Part shown: positions 8,811 through 18,948 of the stretch, one piece after another | How the letters are laid out: each line of letters begins with the position of its first letter | Position numbering within the stretch: position 1 is the first letter of the stretch | Source of the DNA: a virus | Length of the DNA stretch: 64,000 nucleotides | IMG/VR virus record: IMGVR_UViG_3300025892_002699 | Direction: 5' to 3' (one strand) | The notes under the pieces: model-generated | Told to the model about the DNA's origin: nothing | Databases searched by the model: none | What the model saw: only the letters and a program-made list of their open reading frames with translations | Translations under genes and position numbers: made by a program

Positions 8811-11693
8811 ATGGCAAACAGAATACCACTTATAGTAGACACAACAGACGGTAACAAGATAAAAGAATTACCGATCAATGATAATCTTGATCTTACAAAT
8901 TCAAACCTTGTAGGTGTTAATTCTGTACAAACACAAACATTGAGTATTGCTGGAACACCATTCACTTTACAATACAGTGAATTACAAGGTGCACCCACAA
9001 TACCAGCAGACATTTCTGATCTTACAGACACACAAAGTTTATTAGGACAAGGTGGTGGCGGAGGAATCACCAACATACAAGGTGGTGGTGGTTTAATTGT
9101 TACAGCAGATGATTCTGTGGCAAGAACTGTTTTACCAGGCAACACATTAAAAATTCAAGGTTCGGGCAATGTGACCACAACACTCACAGAAGAAAATGGC
9201 ACAGACGTATTAACTATCGCATCAAGTGGTGGTGGAGGTGGAGTAGCAGATGGCAATACCACATACACATTGACTGGTGCAGATGGAGATGATGCCAACA
9301 GTAAAAAATTAAGATTGAGAGACAGCACAGATGCTATACAGGATATCACTTTGGTTGCAGGCACAAATGTAGGAATCACAAGAAATTCAAATTCATTAAC
9401 ATTTACCAGCACGGATACCGATACAACCTATGGCATATCAAGTGCCCAAGATGATGATGGCGATAAAGTTATTAGATTACAAAGTTCAACTGGTGTCACT
9501 GACGATTTAAAAATAATTGCTGGAACAAATGTATCTGTAACAAGAGCAGATGAAAATTCAATCACAATCAATAACACACAGACATTGTCCAATGCTTTTG
9601 GCACAGTAAGAGTAGGAGTCACAGATGTTGTAGCAGATGCTACCAATGACACATTAACTTTATTAGCAGGCACAGGCATTGTGCTTACACCTAATGCTGG
9701 CAATGACACTATTCAGATTGATAGTTCTGTAACACAACAAAATATTTTCCAAACAATTAGTGGAGACACAGGAACTAAAACAGCAGGAACACAAACCGAC
9801 ACTTTAAATGTTGTGGGCGGCTCATCAATTTCTACCAGTCTATCAGGAAGCACATTAACAATCAATTACACAGGTAACGTAGGTGGTGAAGCCAACAACT
9901 TTGAAATAGTTGCAATAGGAACTCCAGGAGACAATGTTGAATTAATTGCAGACGATCCCAATGATGTATTGTACATAGGCGGTGGATCAGGAATCACAGT
10001 CAGTGCAACAGGAACTGGTTCAGGTCCTGGTGGAGCAGTTGACCAAGTAACAATCACAAATGATGCACCCAACGTGGATCAAAATATTTTCTACAATGTA
10101 GCAGACGATGACGACACAACAATCACAGCATCTTCTATTACAGATACTTTAAAAATTATTGGCGGCACTGACATTTCAACAAATGTTGTTGCTGGCGAAT
10201 TACAAATTTCTTACACAGGTAGCAACAGTAATTTCAATGTTGCAGACAACTTTGCTTACAAAACTTTTGCAATAACACCATCAGGTGGATCAACAACTGC
10301 TAGTTCAAATGTAGACACATTAAACTTCCAAACTGGTGTCGGTATCACAATGACTGCTGTTAATGATTTAATCACAATCACAAACTCATCACCCAATGTG
10401 GATCAAAACATATTTCAAAATGTATTAGCAGGTGGTGTCACAATCACAGCAGATACAACCACAGACACATTGGCATTTACAGCAGGTACAGGTATTACTG
10501 TCACAGGAGATGCTGTAGGTGATGCTGTTACAATCACAAACTCATCACCCAATGTGGATCAAAATATTTTTGCTTCTATAGTATATGGTGCCACTTCTAT
10601 AACTCCTGCTACTTCAAGTCAAGCATTGACATTGGTAAATGGTGGAGGAGTTGATTTTACTTTAAATAATACAAGTAAATCATTAACAATCGCCAACACA
10701 TCTCCAAATGTGGATCAAAACATTTTCAGCACAGTAAGAGTATCAGGTGAAACAGATGTAACCACTGCTTCTACAAATGGTGTGTTAACATTCGTAGCAG
10801 GTACAAACACAACTCTTACCACAGACAACACAGGAAAAAGTGTAACAATTAATTCTTCAGGTTCAACACAAAATTTATTCGCAACTGTTAGTGCTGATGC
10901 AGGCAACACAACAGCAAATTCGGCAACTGACACATTAACTGTAACAGGCGGAAGTGACATCACAACAGCCATTACTGGTGATACTCTGACAATTACAAAC
11001 GCATCACCAAATGTAGATCAAAATTTATTTGCCAATGTTGCAGTTGCAGGACAATCAACAGTTACAGCAGAAACAACAACAGATACATTAAATCTAGTTG
11101 CAGGTACAAACGTTACAATCACTACTGACGCAGGTACAGATTCAATCACAATCAACGCATCAGGTGGTGGGGGTAGTCAGAATTTATGGTCAACCATTAC
11201 AGGTGATTCTGGATTTACCACAGCAAACACAACCACAGACAATTTGACTATTGCTGGTGGTACAGGTATCACATCAGCAGTGACAGGTGACACATTAACA
11301 ATAAGTTCAGATATAGGCACAAGAGGCACAGTGGCAGGCACAACAAGTTCTATTGCCAACAACGCATCTACTAATTTAGATATCACTGGACACAAAGGTT
11401 ACTTCTTGTACAAGATTCAAACATCGGCGGCGGCATGGGTTAGAATTTATTCAAGTGCTTCTGTTAGAACATCAGATTCAGCAAGAAGTGAAACATCTGA
11501 TCCTACACCGGGTTCAGGAGTGATAGCAGAAGCAATCACAACAGGTGCTCAAACAGTTTTGATTACACCGTTTGCAGGTGGCTTTAATGATGAAAATCCG
11601 GTAACAACTACTATTCCATGTGCTGTAACTAACAAAAGTGGATCCACGCAAACAATCACAGTAACATTGACAGTAGTACCAGTAGAGGTATAA
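8811..11693 (+). CDS. Repeat-rich tail fibre-like protein (about 11 units of about 50 aa)
   Basis: Recurring SPNVDQNIF...DTLxxxAGTGI units. Confidence 0.75.
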   Translation: MANRIPLIVDTTDGNKIKELPINDNLDLTNSNLVGVNSVQTQTLSIAGTPFTLQYSELQGAPTIPADISDLTDTQSLLGQGGGGGITNIQGGGGLIVTADDSVARTVLPGNTLKIQGSGNVTTTLTEENGTDVLTIASSGGGGGVADGNTTYTLTGADGDDANSKKLRLRDSTDAIQDITLVAGTNVGITRNSNSLTFTSTDTDTTYGISSAQDDDGDKVIRLQSSTGVTDDLKIIAGTNVSVTRADENSITINNTQTLSNAFGTVRVGVTDVVADATNDTLTLLAGTGIVLTPNAGNDTIQIDSSVTQQNIFQTISGDTGTKTAGTQTDTLNVVGGSSISTSLSGSTLTINYTGNVGGEANNFEIVAIGTPGDNVELIADDPNDVLYIGGGSGITVSATGTGSGPGGAVDQVTITNDAPNVDQNIFYNVADDDDTTITASSITDTLKIIGGTDISTNVVAGELQISYTGSNSNFNVADNFAYKTFAITPSGGSTTASSNVDTLNFQTGVGITMTAVNDLITITNSSPNVDQNIFQNVLAGGVTITADTTTDTLAFTAGTGITVTGDAVGDAVTITNSSPNVDQNIFASIVYGATSITPATSSQALTLVNGGGVDFTLNNTSKSLTIANTSPNVDQNIFSTVRVSGETDVTTASTNGVLTFVAGTNTTLTTDNTGKSVTINSSGSTQNLFATVSADAGNTTANSATDTLTVTGGSDITTAITGDTLTITNASPNVDQNLFANVAVAGQSTVTAETTTDTLNLVAGTNVTITTDAGTDSITINASGGGGSQNLWSTITGDSGFTTANTTTDNLTIAGGTGITSAVTGDTLTISSDIGTRGTVAGTTSSIANNASTNLDITGHKGYFLYKIQTSAAAWVRIYSSASVRTSDSARSETSDPTPGSGVIAEAITTGAQTVLITPFAGGFNDENPVTTTIPCAVTNKSGSTQTITVTLTVVPVEV
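10374..10564 (+). repeat. Exact 35-nt direct repeat (10374-10408 and 10530-10564) within the fibre gene
   Basis: acaatcacaaactcatcacccaatgtggatcaaaa occurs twice, 156 nt apart and in frame. Confidence 0.85.
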
Positions 11694-11694
11694 T

Positions 11695-13374
11695 ATGTCA
11701 GACACTCTTAAAGAGTATATAGTAACACTTCATAACTTTGAAAATTTAGATGCTTTCTATAATGACATGGAAACTCCTGGTGGAGACCTTTATATTCCCA
11801 ACAGATCAGTAGATGTCAAGCATAGAAGAAACATAAGTAGAAACACTCACTATATGCTTAATGACGCAGAAGCAGAAACTTTACGAAATGATTCAAGAGT
11901 TCTAGCAGTAGAACAACCACCTTCAGCATTAGGTATACAAAAAATTGCACATTGGGAACAAACTTCCAATTTTGAAAAAGATAATAGCATATTGGGAAAT
12001 TTTAATAACACTGATAAAAATTGGGGATTATTAAGAGTAACAGAAGGATCTAATTTAGCCAATTGGGGAACTAACGGTTCATTTACACAAACCAATCAAA
12101 CAGTAAAAACAACAAGCAGTGGCAAAAATGTTGACGTGGTGATGGTTGATTCACATATTAAAACTGATCACCCTGAATTTGCAGTTAATTCAGACGGATC
12201 AGGAGGATCAAGAGTGCAACAATTTAATTGGTTCAGTTTAAATTCTCAACTGGGAATTAATGCAGGATCAAGCAACTATGATTATTCTGATATAAGTAGC
12301 AACCATGGCACACACACAACAGGCACAGTGGCAGGCAATACTCAAGGTTGGGCAAGAGATGCCAACATTTATTATATGGAATTTAATTACACAGGAACAT
12401 TCACTCCAGGTAATTGGGAACTTTACCTTTATGATTACATTAGAGAGTGGCACAAAACAAAAGCAGTTAATCCTGTAACAGGTAGAAGAAATCCTACTGT
12501 GTGTAATAATAGTTGGGGGTACAATTACGGTAATATTTCTCTTTCAGGTATTAACGGTCATACCTACAGAGGAACATTTACTGATATTTCAGGTCAACCA
12601 GATGCAACCAAAAAAACATCACTGGAAACAAATGGTGTGCCGGTTCCTGCAAATACATACCTATTTCGTATGCCGGCAGTATCGGCGGGAGTTGATGCTG
12701 ATGTGGTAGACGCCATTGCAGACGGAGTAATAATGGTAGGCTCTGCTGGTAACAGTTATTGGCCTTGTGTAAAAAATGCCAATGCAAATTATAACAATAG
12801 TATAAGATTTGGTGTGAGTGATTATGTTCACTCACAAGGATCAAGTCCTGCAAGAGTAATGATATGTGTCGGCAATGCTGGCACAAAAACTCAACAATAT
12901 AAAGATACAAGCAGTAATTATGGAGACAGAGTCGACATCTGGGCGCCTGGAGAAAACATTATTTCTGCAGTTTATAACGGTCCCGGAGATGAAACACCTA
13001 CTCCTTACACTAATACATTGACCGATACAAGGGACAGTAATTATTATATCGCATCTATATCAGGAACAAGTATGAGTGGTCCACAAGTCGCAGGTGTATT
13101 GGCTAGTAGAGCAGAACAAGATCCTAACATGACTCATGCCGAAGCATTAGATTATTTGATTGATAATTCAACATCAGGAGACATAAGCAGTACTGGTAGT
13201 GATTATGGGGACAGTGAATGGTTAGGTGATGGATCAATTAATGATCAAAACAAATATTTGAGATACATTTATCATAGACCATTAAACGGAACAGCATTTC
13301 CACATCAAGATCATAAAAAAAGACCAGTATCAGGGTCGGTATATCCAAGAAATAAGGTTAGACATAAAGGATAA
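11695..13374 (+). CDS. Subtilisin-like serine protease (S8) in the tail module
   Basis: Catalytic triad motifs VDVVMVDS, HGTHTTGTVAG and GTSMSGPQVAG. The N-terminal roughly 80 aa looks like a propeptide. Confidence 0.9.
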   Translation: MSDTLKEYIVTLHNFENLDAFYNDMETPGGDLYIPNRSVDVKHRRNISRNTHYMLNDAEAETLRNDSRVLAVEQPPSALGIQKIAHWEQTSNFEKDNSILGNFNNTDKNWGLLRVTEGSNLANWGTNGSFTQTNQTVKTTSSGKNVDVVMVDSHIKTDHPEFAVNSDGSGGSRVQQFNWFSLNSQLGINAGSSNYDYSDISSNHGTHTTGTVAGNTQGWARDANIYYMEFNYTGTFTPGNWELYLYDYIREWHKTKAVNPVTGRRNPTVCNNSWGYNYGNISLSGINGHTYRGTFTDISGQPDATKKTSLETNGVPVPANTYLFRMPAVSAGVDADVVDAIADGVIMVGSAGNSYWPCVKNANANYNNSIRFGVSDYVHSQGSSPARVMICVGNAGTKTQQYKDTSSNYGDRVDIWAPGENIISAVYNGPGDETPTPYTNTLTDTRDSNYYIASISGTSMSGPQVAGVLASRAEQDPNMTHAEALDYLIDNSTSGDISSTGSDYGDSEWLGDGSINDQNKYLRYIYHRPLNGTAFPHQDHKKRPVSGSVYPRNKVRHKG

Positions 13375-13377
13375 ATA
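13371..13377 (+). promoter_or_regulatory. Late-type promoter ATAAATA
   Basis: 5 nt before the ATG at 13383, with no SD. Confidence 0.6.
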
Positions 13378-13382
13378 TTGTT

Positions 13383-14060
13383 ATGGCAATCAGCACAATC
13401 AACATAGGAACACTAGCAAACGACGGTACAGGTGATGATCTGAGAGAAGCCTTTGTTAAGGTTAATAATAACTTCACTGAACTAGACGCTCGTCAGGCAG
13501 AAAACACAACAGCATCTAATAGATTGGCAGATGATGGTACTACAAAAGGTGTGTTTGCTGAAAAATCCAGTGATAACTTAATTTTTAAAAATTTAAAAGC
13601 AGGACCTAATGTTTCATTAAGTGCTGATAACAATCAAATCACAATCACATCATCAGGTATTGTGAGCATTTTGTTCACAACAGATTTAGGTTCTTTAAAT
13701 CCAATTGGATCACAAGGACAAGTTACTGTTCAAGGTACAGGTGGAACAACCACAGCAGGTTCAGGATCGAACATTACAATAGATTCATCATTATCAAATG
13801 AAACTTCTCCTACATTATCAACAACACTTGATGCTGATGGTAACAACATGATCAACGTTGGCACTATTACAGGAACCAATTTTAATGGTTTGGTAAAAGG
13901 TGTAGACGTAGATGATCTAGACAGTCTTGTAGGATTTGATTTCGGTGGTGTGCAAAACCCTGTAAACAACTTGTTGCAGTGGCTTGAATCTTTCAATCCA
14001 GTCGATATGGGCACAATTGCGTCACCATCCGCTACTGGCATTGACTTTGGATCTATCTAA
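13383..14060 (+). CDS. Baseplate wedge/fibre protein with gp9/gp10-like N-terminus
   Basis: MAISTINIGTLANDGTGDDLREAFVKVNNNFTEL, the third copy of this motif. Confidence 0.75.
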   Translation: MAISTINIGTLANDGTGDDLREAFVKVNNNFTELDARQAENTTASNRLADDGTTKGVFAEKSSDNLIFKNLKAGPNVSLSADNNQITITSSGIVSILFTTDLGSLNPIGSQGQVTVQGTGGTTTAGSGSNITIDSSLSNETSPTLSTTLDADGNNMINVGTITGTNFNGLVKGVDVDDLDSLVGFDFGGVQNPVNNLLQWLESFNPVDMGTIASPSATGIDFGSI

Positions 14061-14075
14061 GCATTTTACAACTCG

Positions 14076-14082
14076 ATAAATA
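14076..14082 (+). promoter_or_regulatory. Late-type promoter ATAAATA
   Basis: Intergenic, 8 nt before the ATG at 14091. Confidence 0.6.
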
Positions 14083-14090
14083 CATATATC

Positions 14091-17000
14091 ATGCACGATT
14101 TATGGACAGTTCAAACAGGTTATAATTTAGGTACGTATCAAGAAAGAGTGCCTACCACAATTACATTGCCCGTTTCAGGTGCTGACACAATTACAACAAT
14201 AGCAGGCACAATACCGCCTGGATTAAGATTATCAGGACAAACACTGATTGGAACACCTTTTCAAGTCAGTCGATCCACAAAATTTGAATTTTGCCTTAGA
14301 GCCAAACACGACACAAGAATACAGGATAGAACTTTTACAATTAATATTGAAGGACCTGATGCACCAACATGGATAACACCAGCAGGCACATTGCCTATTG
14401 GAGCAGACAGTCAATTGTTCATATTGGACAGTTCATATGTAGATTTTCAATTGGAGGCTCAAGATGCTGATTTAAGTGCAAACACAGTTTTAGAATATTA
14501 TATTCCAGAAGGTGGTGGAGAATTACCACCTGGATTGACATTAAGTAAATCAGGAAAAATTTCTGGATTGGTAGATCCTATTAGAGCTCTTGACATCTTA
14601 TCAAGTTCAGGGTATTATGATTCTAATGATTATGCATCTGCACCTTTTGACTTTGGTTTATCCGGTTCAATTGCCAACAGAAGTTTTTACTTTGATGTGC
14701 AAGAGTTTTCAGATTTATACAATACACAAGTCGGAACAAGAAATCAAAGAAAATTAAATCGCTATTACAGTTTTAACGTAAATGTGACAGACGGTGATAC
14801 CACCGAGACTAGAACATTCAAAATATTTGTAGTAGGTGATGATTTTTTAAGAGCAGACAACACTATCATGCAGTTGGGAACAGGTGTATTCACATCAGAT
14901 GGAACATATCTTAGAACACCACAGTGGTTAACACCAACTGATTTAGGATTCAAAAGAGCAAACAACTATGTTACAATATTTTTAGAACTTTACGATCCAA
15001 ACACAGTGCCTGGAAAAATAAGTTACATTTTAGAAAACACAAATGATGACAACACTGATTCTATCATACCACCAGGTATGACATTGGATGCTGTTACAGG
15101 AGAAATAGCAGGCAGAGTTCCTTATCAACCTGCTGTAAACAAAGAATATAAATTTACTGTGAGTGCAGTCAGAGCCGGTGTGGGTAGTGATCTGGTCACA
15201 GTGGTTGTAACTCCATACGAAGATCAACCTCAAGGTGGAGACACTTTAAAAATACAAAAATTACCAGTGGGTGAAGCAGATGGATTGGATGATTTAGAAA
15301 GTTTAGTTGGTGAAAAAATTACAATTAACAAAGAAGAATACACAGTATTAGGAGTAGATGGTTCAGATCAAGATTATGAATTACTTACACTGAACAGAAA
15401 CCTTACAGCAAACGATTTATTAGTTTACACTGGCACAGTGTACAATCCCAGTGATTACAGCAATGGAATTCAAACACCAATTGTGAGAGCAAACAACGAA
15501 ATATTTGTTTACAACAGAATATCAAAAGACAAATACAAAAATAGAACATTGAGAATTGGATCTAGTGAATATATTATTTCTGACATACAATCTTTATTGG
15601 CAGAAGGCGAACCTGCATTACAAGGAATTGCAAGTGCAACAGCAATGGAAAAATTGATTCTTAATATTCCATTAACCGATAATTTTGTTAATGAACAAAA
15701 TATAAGCATTGCCGCATTCAAAGACGAATCATACAGCAAAAACTTTTTACTTAACAGCACAGATACAGAACCCACAGCAACCAAAACATTCACAGTTAAA
15801 GTATTAGGAGAAGTTGACAGTACAATAACTTGGACAACAGCATCAGCATTGGGCACTTTGAAAGCAAACTTAACCAGTCATCTTAGATTAGAGGCTACAA
15901 GCACTGTGACTGATGCTAAAATGAAATACTTATTAATGAGTGGCAGTTTGCCTCCAGGACTTAGTCTATCTTTAGATGGTGAAATTGTAGGAAATGCAAG
16001 ATTGTATAGCGAAGATTCGTTACCGGGTATTACATCTTTTGATGATAACCTGTTGACACTTGATGGTGCTACAACCACTGTGGACGAAAGTTATTCATTC
16101 ACTGTGAAAGCTCAAGATAGATTTGGATTCAGTTCTGTTGAACGTACTTTTACTTTGGTGATTGATACAGATGTCACAAAAACATTTACAGATTTATATG
16201 CTCAACCATTATTAAAGTCAACACAACGCAATTACTTTAAAGATTTTATCAGTAACACAAACATATTTGCAATAGATAAAATTTATAGACCTAATGATTC
16301 TAATTTTGGACTACAAAAAACAATGCGTATGTTGGTGTATTCAGGAATTGAAAAGAAAGTTGTTGGTAATTATGTAACAGCAGTTGCAAAGAATCATAAA
16401 CGGGCTAGATTTAACTTTGGAGACATCAAAACAGCAGTGGCAAAATATCCAGGAACAAATAATATTGCCTACGAACTGGTTTATGCAGATGTGGTTGATG
16501 TAAGAGATTCAAAAACATCAAGCACAAGATCATCTTTAAAAATTAATCCACAAAATAAAATTAAAATCAATCAAACTCAATTGGAAGTCACAGATGATTC
16601 AACAAAATTAAATGTTGGTGGTTCTGCTTACACTATTTTTGCTCAAGCAGATTCAAGTTTAAGTGTAGCAGGTGTTGGAACCAGTTTAGAAATTTTTGCA
16701 AGAACAGGCAGACTGTTAGTGGATGTTCCTAATGGAGAATTATTGATAGATATGCAGTCAGGTCCTGATTTATCTGTGGGCACTGTGGAACAAGTGAACG
16801 GTGATCCATTCAGATTCAGACCAAAAAATTCTGTTATCAAAGTGGACAGCAATTTGTTAGAGGCAAGTATGAGCAATGACGAATTGAGATACATCAGCAA
16901 CATTTCTAATATGAGAAACAACATCAAATCTTTAGGCACAACTGAAGGAGGTTTATTACCTCTCTGGATGCGTACAGCACAGACTGGTAATCAAGCATTA

Positions 17001-17192
17001 GGATACACCACAGCAGTGCCATTGTGTTATTGTAAAGAAGGCACTAGCCAAAATATTGCTCTAGCAGTAAAAAACAGTGGATTTGATATCAAAAATATCA
17101 ACTTTGAAATTGATAGATACATAGTTGAAGGAACAGAGGGCAATAGTGCTGATCAGTACATTCTTTTTCCTAACTATCAATACAATGTATAA
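14091..17192 (+). CDS. Baseplate protein with Ig/cadherin-like (LPPGLTL) repeats
   Basis: IPPGLRL, LPPGLTL, IPPGMTL and LPPGLSL repeats, located in the structural block. Confidence 0.7.
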   Translation: MHDLWTVQTGYNLGTYQERVPTTITLPVSGADTITTIAGTIPPGLRLSGQTLIGTPFQVSRSTKFEFCLRAKHDTRIQDRTFTINIEGPDAPTWITPAGTLPIGADSQLFILDSSYVDFQLEAQDADLSANTVLEYYIPEGGGELPPGLTLSKSGKISGLVDPIRALDILSSSGYYDSNDYASAPFDFGLSGSIANRSFYFDVQEFSDLYNTQVGTRNQRKLNRYYSFNVNVTDGDTTETRTFKIFVVGDDFLRADNTIMQLGTGVFTSDGTYLRTPQWLTPTDLGFKRANNYVTIFLELYDPNTVPGKISYILENTNDDNTDSIIPPGMTLDAVTGEIAGRVPYQPAVNKEYKFTVSAVRAGVGSDLVTVVVTPYEDQPQGGDTLKIQKLPVGEADGLDDLESLVGEKITINKEEYTVLGVDGSDQDYELLTLNRNLTANDLLVYTGTVYNPSDYSNGIQTPIVRANNEIFVYNRISKDKYKNRTLRIGSSEYIISDIQSLLAEGEPALQGIASATAMEKLILNIPLTDNFVNEQNISIAAFKDESYSKNFLLNSTDTEPTATKTFTVKVLGEVDSTITWTTASALGTLKANLTSHLRLEATSTVTDAKMKYLLMSGSLPPGLSLSLDGEIVGNARLYSEDSLPGITSFDDNLLTLDGATTTVDESYSFTVKAQDRFGFSSVERTFTLVIDTDVTKTFTDLYAQPLLKSTQRNYFKDFISNTNIFAIDKIYRPNDSNFGLQKTMRMLVYSGIEKKVVGNYVTAVAKNHKRARFNFGDIKTAVAKYPGTNNIAYELVYADVVDVRDSKTSSTRSSLKINPQNKIKINQTQLEVTDDSTKLNVGGSAYTIFAQADSSLSVAGVGTSLEIFARTGRLLVDVPNGELLIDMQSGPDLSVGTVEQVNGDPFRFRPKNSVIKVDSNLLEASMSNDELRYISNISNMRNNIKSLGTTEGGLLPLWMRTAQTGNQALGYTTAVPLCYCKEGTSQNIALAVKNSGFDIKNINFEIDRYIVEGTEGNSADQYILFPNYQYNV

Positions 17193-17193
17193 G

Positions 17194-17200
17194 ATAAATA
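17194..17200 (+). promoter_or_regulatory. Late-type promoter ATAAATA
   Basis: Intergenic motif before 17220. Confidence 0.55.
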
Positions 17201-17219
17201 ACAGTAGGAAACAAAAATT

Positions 17220-17774
17220 ATGAGTGATATAGATTCAACAAGCATAGACGCAACATATCCTATAGCAGGACAAGACAACAATAGTCAAGGATTTAGAGAT
17301 AATTTCAACACAATCAAAACTGGTTTAGCCACAGCGAAAACAGAAATCACTGCTTTAGAAACCAATTCAGCAAAACTTAACGCAACCAACAACTTTGCAG
17401 GCAACGAAGTTAGTGGTGCTTTATTCAAAGGTAACTTTACAAAAAGTCATAGTGCAGGATCAGTAACTACTGATCAAAACATCAGTTTGTCCAATGGTAA
17501 TTTTCAAACAATTACTGTGGGAGCAAATGTAACATTAACATTGGCTGATTGGAGTTCACAAGCAAATGCATTAGAAAGTGTTGTTGTACAACTTGTAAAA
17601 TCAGGTGGAGACAGAACAGTGACTTGGGCGGCAGATGGTGGCACAATCAAAACTGCATCTGGATTTCCAGATCCATTTACTGTTGACAGCACAACAAATC
17701 CTTTGGTTGTAGAATTTTACACATACGACAGCGGAGTAACTGTGTTTGCCAGATATATTGGTCAATTCAGTTAA
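17220..17774 (+). CDS. Virion structural protein, hypothetical
   Basis: N-terminal GQDNNSQGFRDNF coiled-coil and beta-rich C-terminus; late promoter upstream. Confidence 0.6.
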   Translation: MSDIDSTSIDATYPIAGQDNNSQGFRDNFNTIKTGLATAKTEITALETNSAKLNATNNFAGNEVSGALFKGNFTKSHSAGSVTTDQNISLSNGNFQTITVGANVTLTLADWSSQANALESVVVQLVKSGGDRTVTWAADGGTIKTASGFPDPFTVDSTTNPLVVEFYTYDSGVTVFARYIGQFS

Positions 17775-17780
17775 TATTTT

Positions 17781-18014
17781 ATGTTCCATCCATTGGACAA
17801 AGACTACAAAGACATTTCAACTCAAGAATTAGAAAACAAACTCACGGAGTTGCGTACCAAATATTTGAGAGCAACCAATCCACAAGTACGCAATCAAATC
17901 AATATGTTCATCGCAGGTTACACAGAAGAATTGAAAATGCGTTGGTACCAAGAGCAAAAAGAAATAGACAAAAATTCTGGTAAAGATATAGATGATTTAA
18001 TCAAAGTAGATTAA
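17781..18014 (+). CDS. Hypothetical protein
   Basis: ORF fits the gene tiling; helical and charged. Confidence 0.7.
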   Translation: MFHPLDKDYKDISTQELENKLTELRTKYLRATNPQVRNQINMFIAGYTEELKMRWYQEQKEIDKNSGKDIDDLIKVD

Positions 18015-18017
18015 TCA

Positions 18018-18046
18018 TTGACTTTTTGAGTTAAATCACATATAAT
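18018..18046 (+). promoter_or_regulatory. sigma70 promoter TTGACT-N17-TATAAT, leaderless geometry
   Basis: The -10 box ends 6 nt before the ATG at 18053. Confidence 0.8.
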
Positions 18047-18052
18047 ACACTT

Positions 18053-18574
18053 ATGAAAATTGACACTTTAGGTTTGCCGAAGTACGGTGTAGAAGATTGT
18101 ATGGATCTTATATACAAAGGCAAGTTGGATACACTGTTCAAAGTGTATGTGGAAAAAAATTCAGAAACTGAACAATTTAATCTGTCTATCAAAGAAACAG
18201 GTGACGGACAAATGCTGAAGTTTTATGAGCCATTAGACATAAGTTTGAAAGATTTTGACAATCTTTTACAATCAGAATGGTTTATGCCAAACAGTTACAA
18301 GCAGTTTGATATTGAAAAATTTTTGATAGCACAGTGTCCAGACAAACCAGAAGCAAAAACAAGAGTTATTGAAGAATTAAACAAGTTCAAAGAATTAGGA
18401 CATCTAAATTTATTGAAGTTTTTACATTTTTTGGTAACATTTATGAAAGAAAACAAGATTGTGTGGGGTGTAGGCAGAGGCAGTTCGGTAGCAAGTTACG
18501 TATTGTATCTATTGGGCATACACAAAATTGATTCGATCCAGTATCGACTAGACTGGAAGGAATTCATCAGATAA
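18053..18574 (+). CDS. Stand-alone fragment of DNA polymerase III alpha (DnaE-like)
   Basis: VWGVGRGSSVASYVLYLLGIHKID matches DnaE VGPGRGSxAGSLVAYxLGITxID. It ends before the catalytic PDIDxD motif. Confidence 0.8.
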   Translation: MKIDTLGLPKYGVEDCMDLIYKGKLDTLFKVYVEKNSETEQFNLSIKETGDGQMLKFYEPLDISLKDFDNLLQSEWFMPNSYKQFDIEKFLIAQCPDKPEAKTRVIEELNKFKELGHLNLLKFLHFLVTFMKENKIVWGVGRGSSVASYVLYLLGIHKIDSIQYRLDWKEFIR

Positions 18575-18577
18575 ATA
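18571..18577 (+). promoter_or_regulatory. Late-type promoter ATAAATA
   Basis: Overlaps the stop of the DnaE fragment; followed by an AGGAG SD. Confidence 0.55.
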
Positions 18578-18600
18578 CACATATAATAGGAGAATAGAAA

Positions 18601-18948
18601 ATGGCAGTAAAACAAACAGGCAAAAAAGTTTATAAGACCATGCAGGGTAAAACCGTGGACATGGATCTTTTGAGAAAAAGAAATGAATTAACTCCAGCAG
18701 TTGGCAATGCCAAAGTAAATGCTAGAGGTGACGAATTAGGAGCAGGTGGCAAAATCATCAAAAAAAGAGAAGATGTTTTAGCAGATTATTACAGAGATAA
18801 TCCTGAAACTGTTTCTCATAAAGAAAAAACTCCAGAGCCTGTAGCACAACCAGTTGTAGAAGAACCTGTTGCAGAAGCACCAGCACAAGAAAACAACGAT
18901 TGGGTTGAAGATGCAGACGGCAACTTTGTTAAAAAAGATCAAGAATAA
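18601..18948 (+). CDS. Hypothetical phage protein
   Basis: SD present; acidic Pro-rich C-terminus. Confidence 0.75.
   Translation: MAVKQTGKKVYKTMQGKTVDMDLLRKRNELTPAVGNAKVNARGDELGAGGKIIKKREDVLADYYRDNPETVSHKEKTPEPVAQPVVEEPVAEAPAQENNDWVEDADGNFVKKDQE

Noticed and set aside
10040-11030. Regularly spaced repeats that could look like a CRISPR array
   Set aside because: They are in frame within one ORF, degenerate at third positions, the spacing is a multiple of 3 where checked, and no cas genes are present.
1595-16939. Many minus-strand and alternate-frame ORFs of 60-150 aa across the tail genes and elsewhere
   Set aside because: They are shadows of long plus-strand genes with biased codon use. 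They lack an SD or promoter and any recognisable motif.
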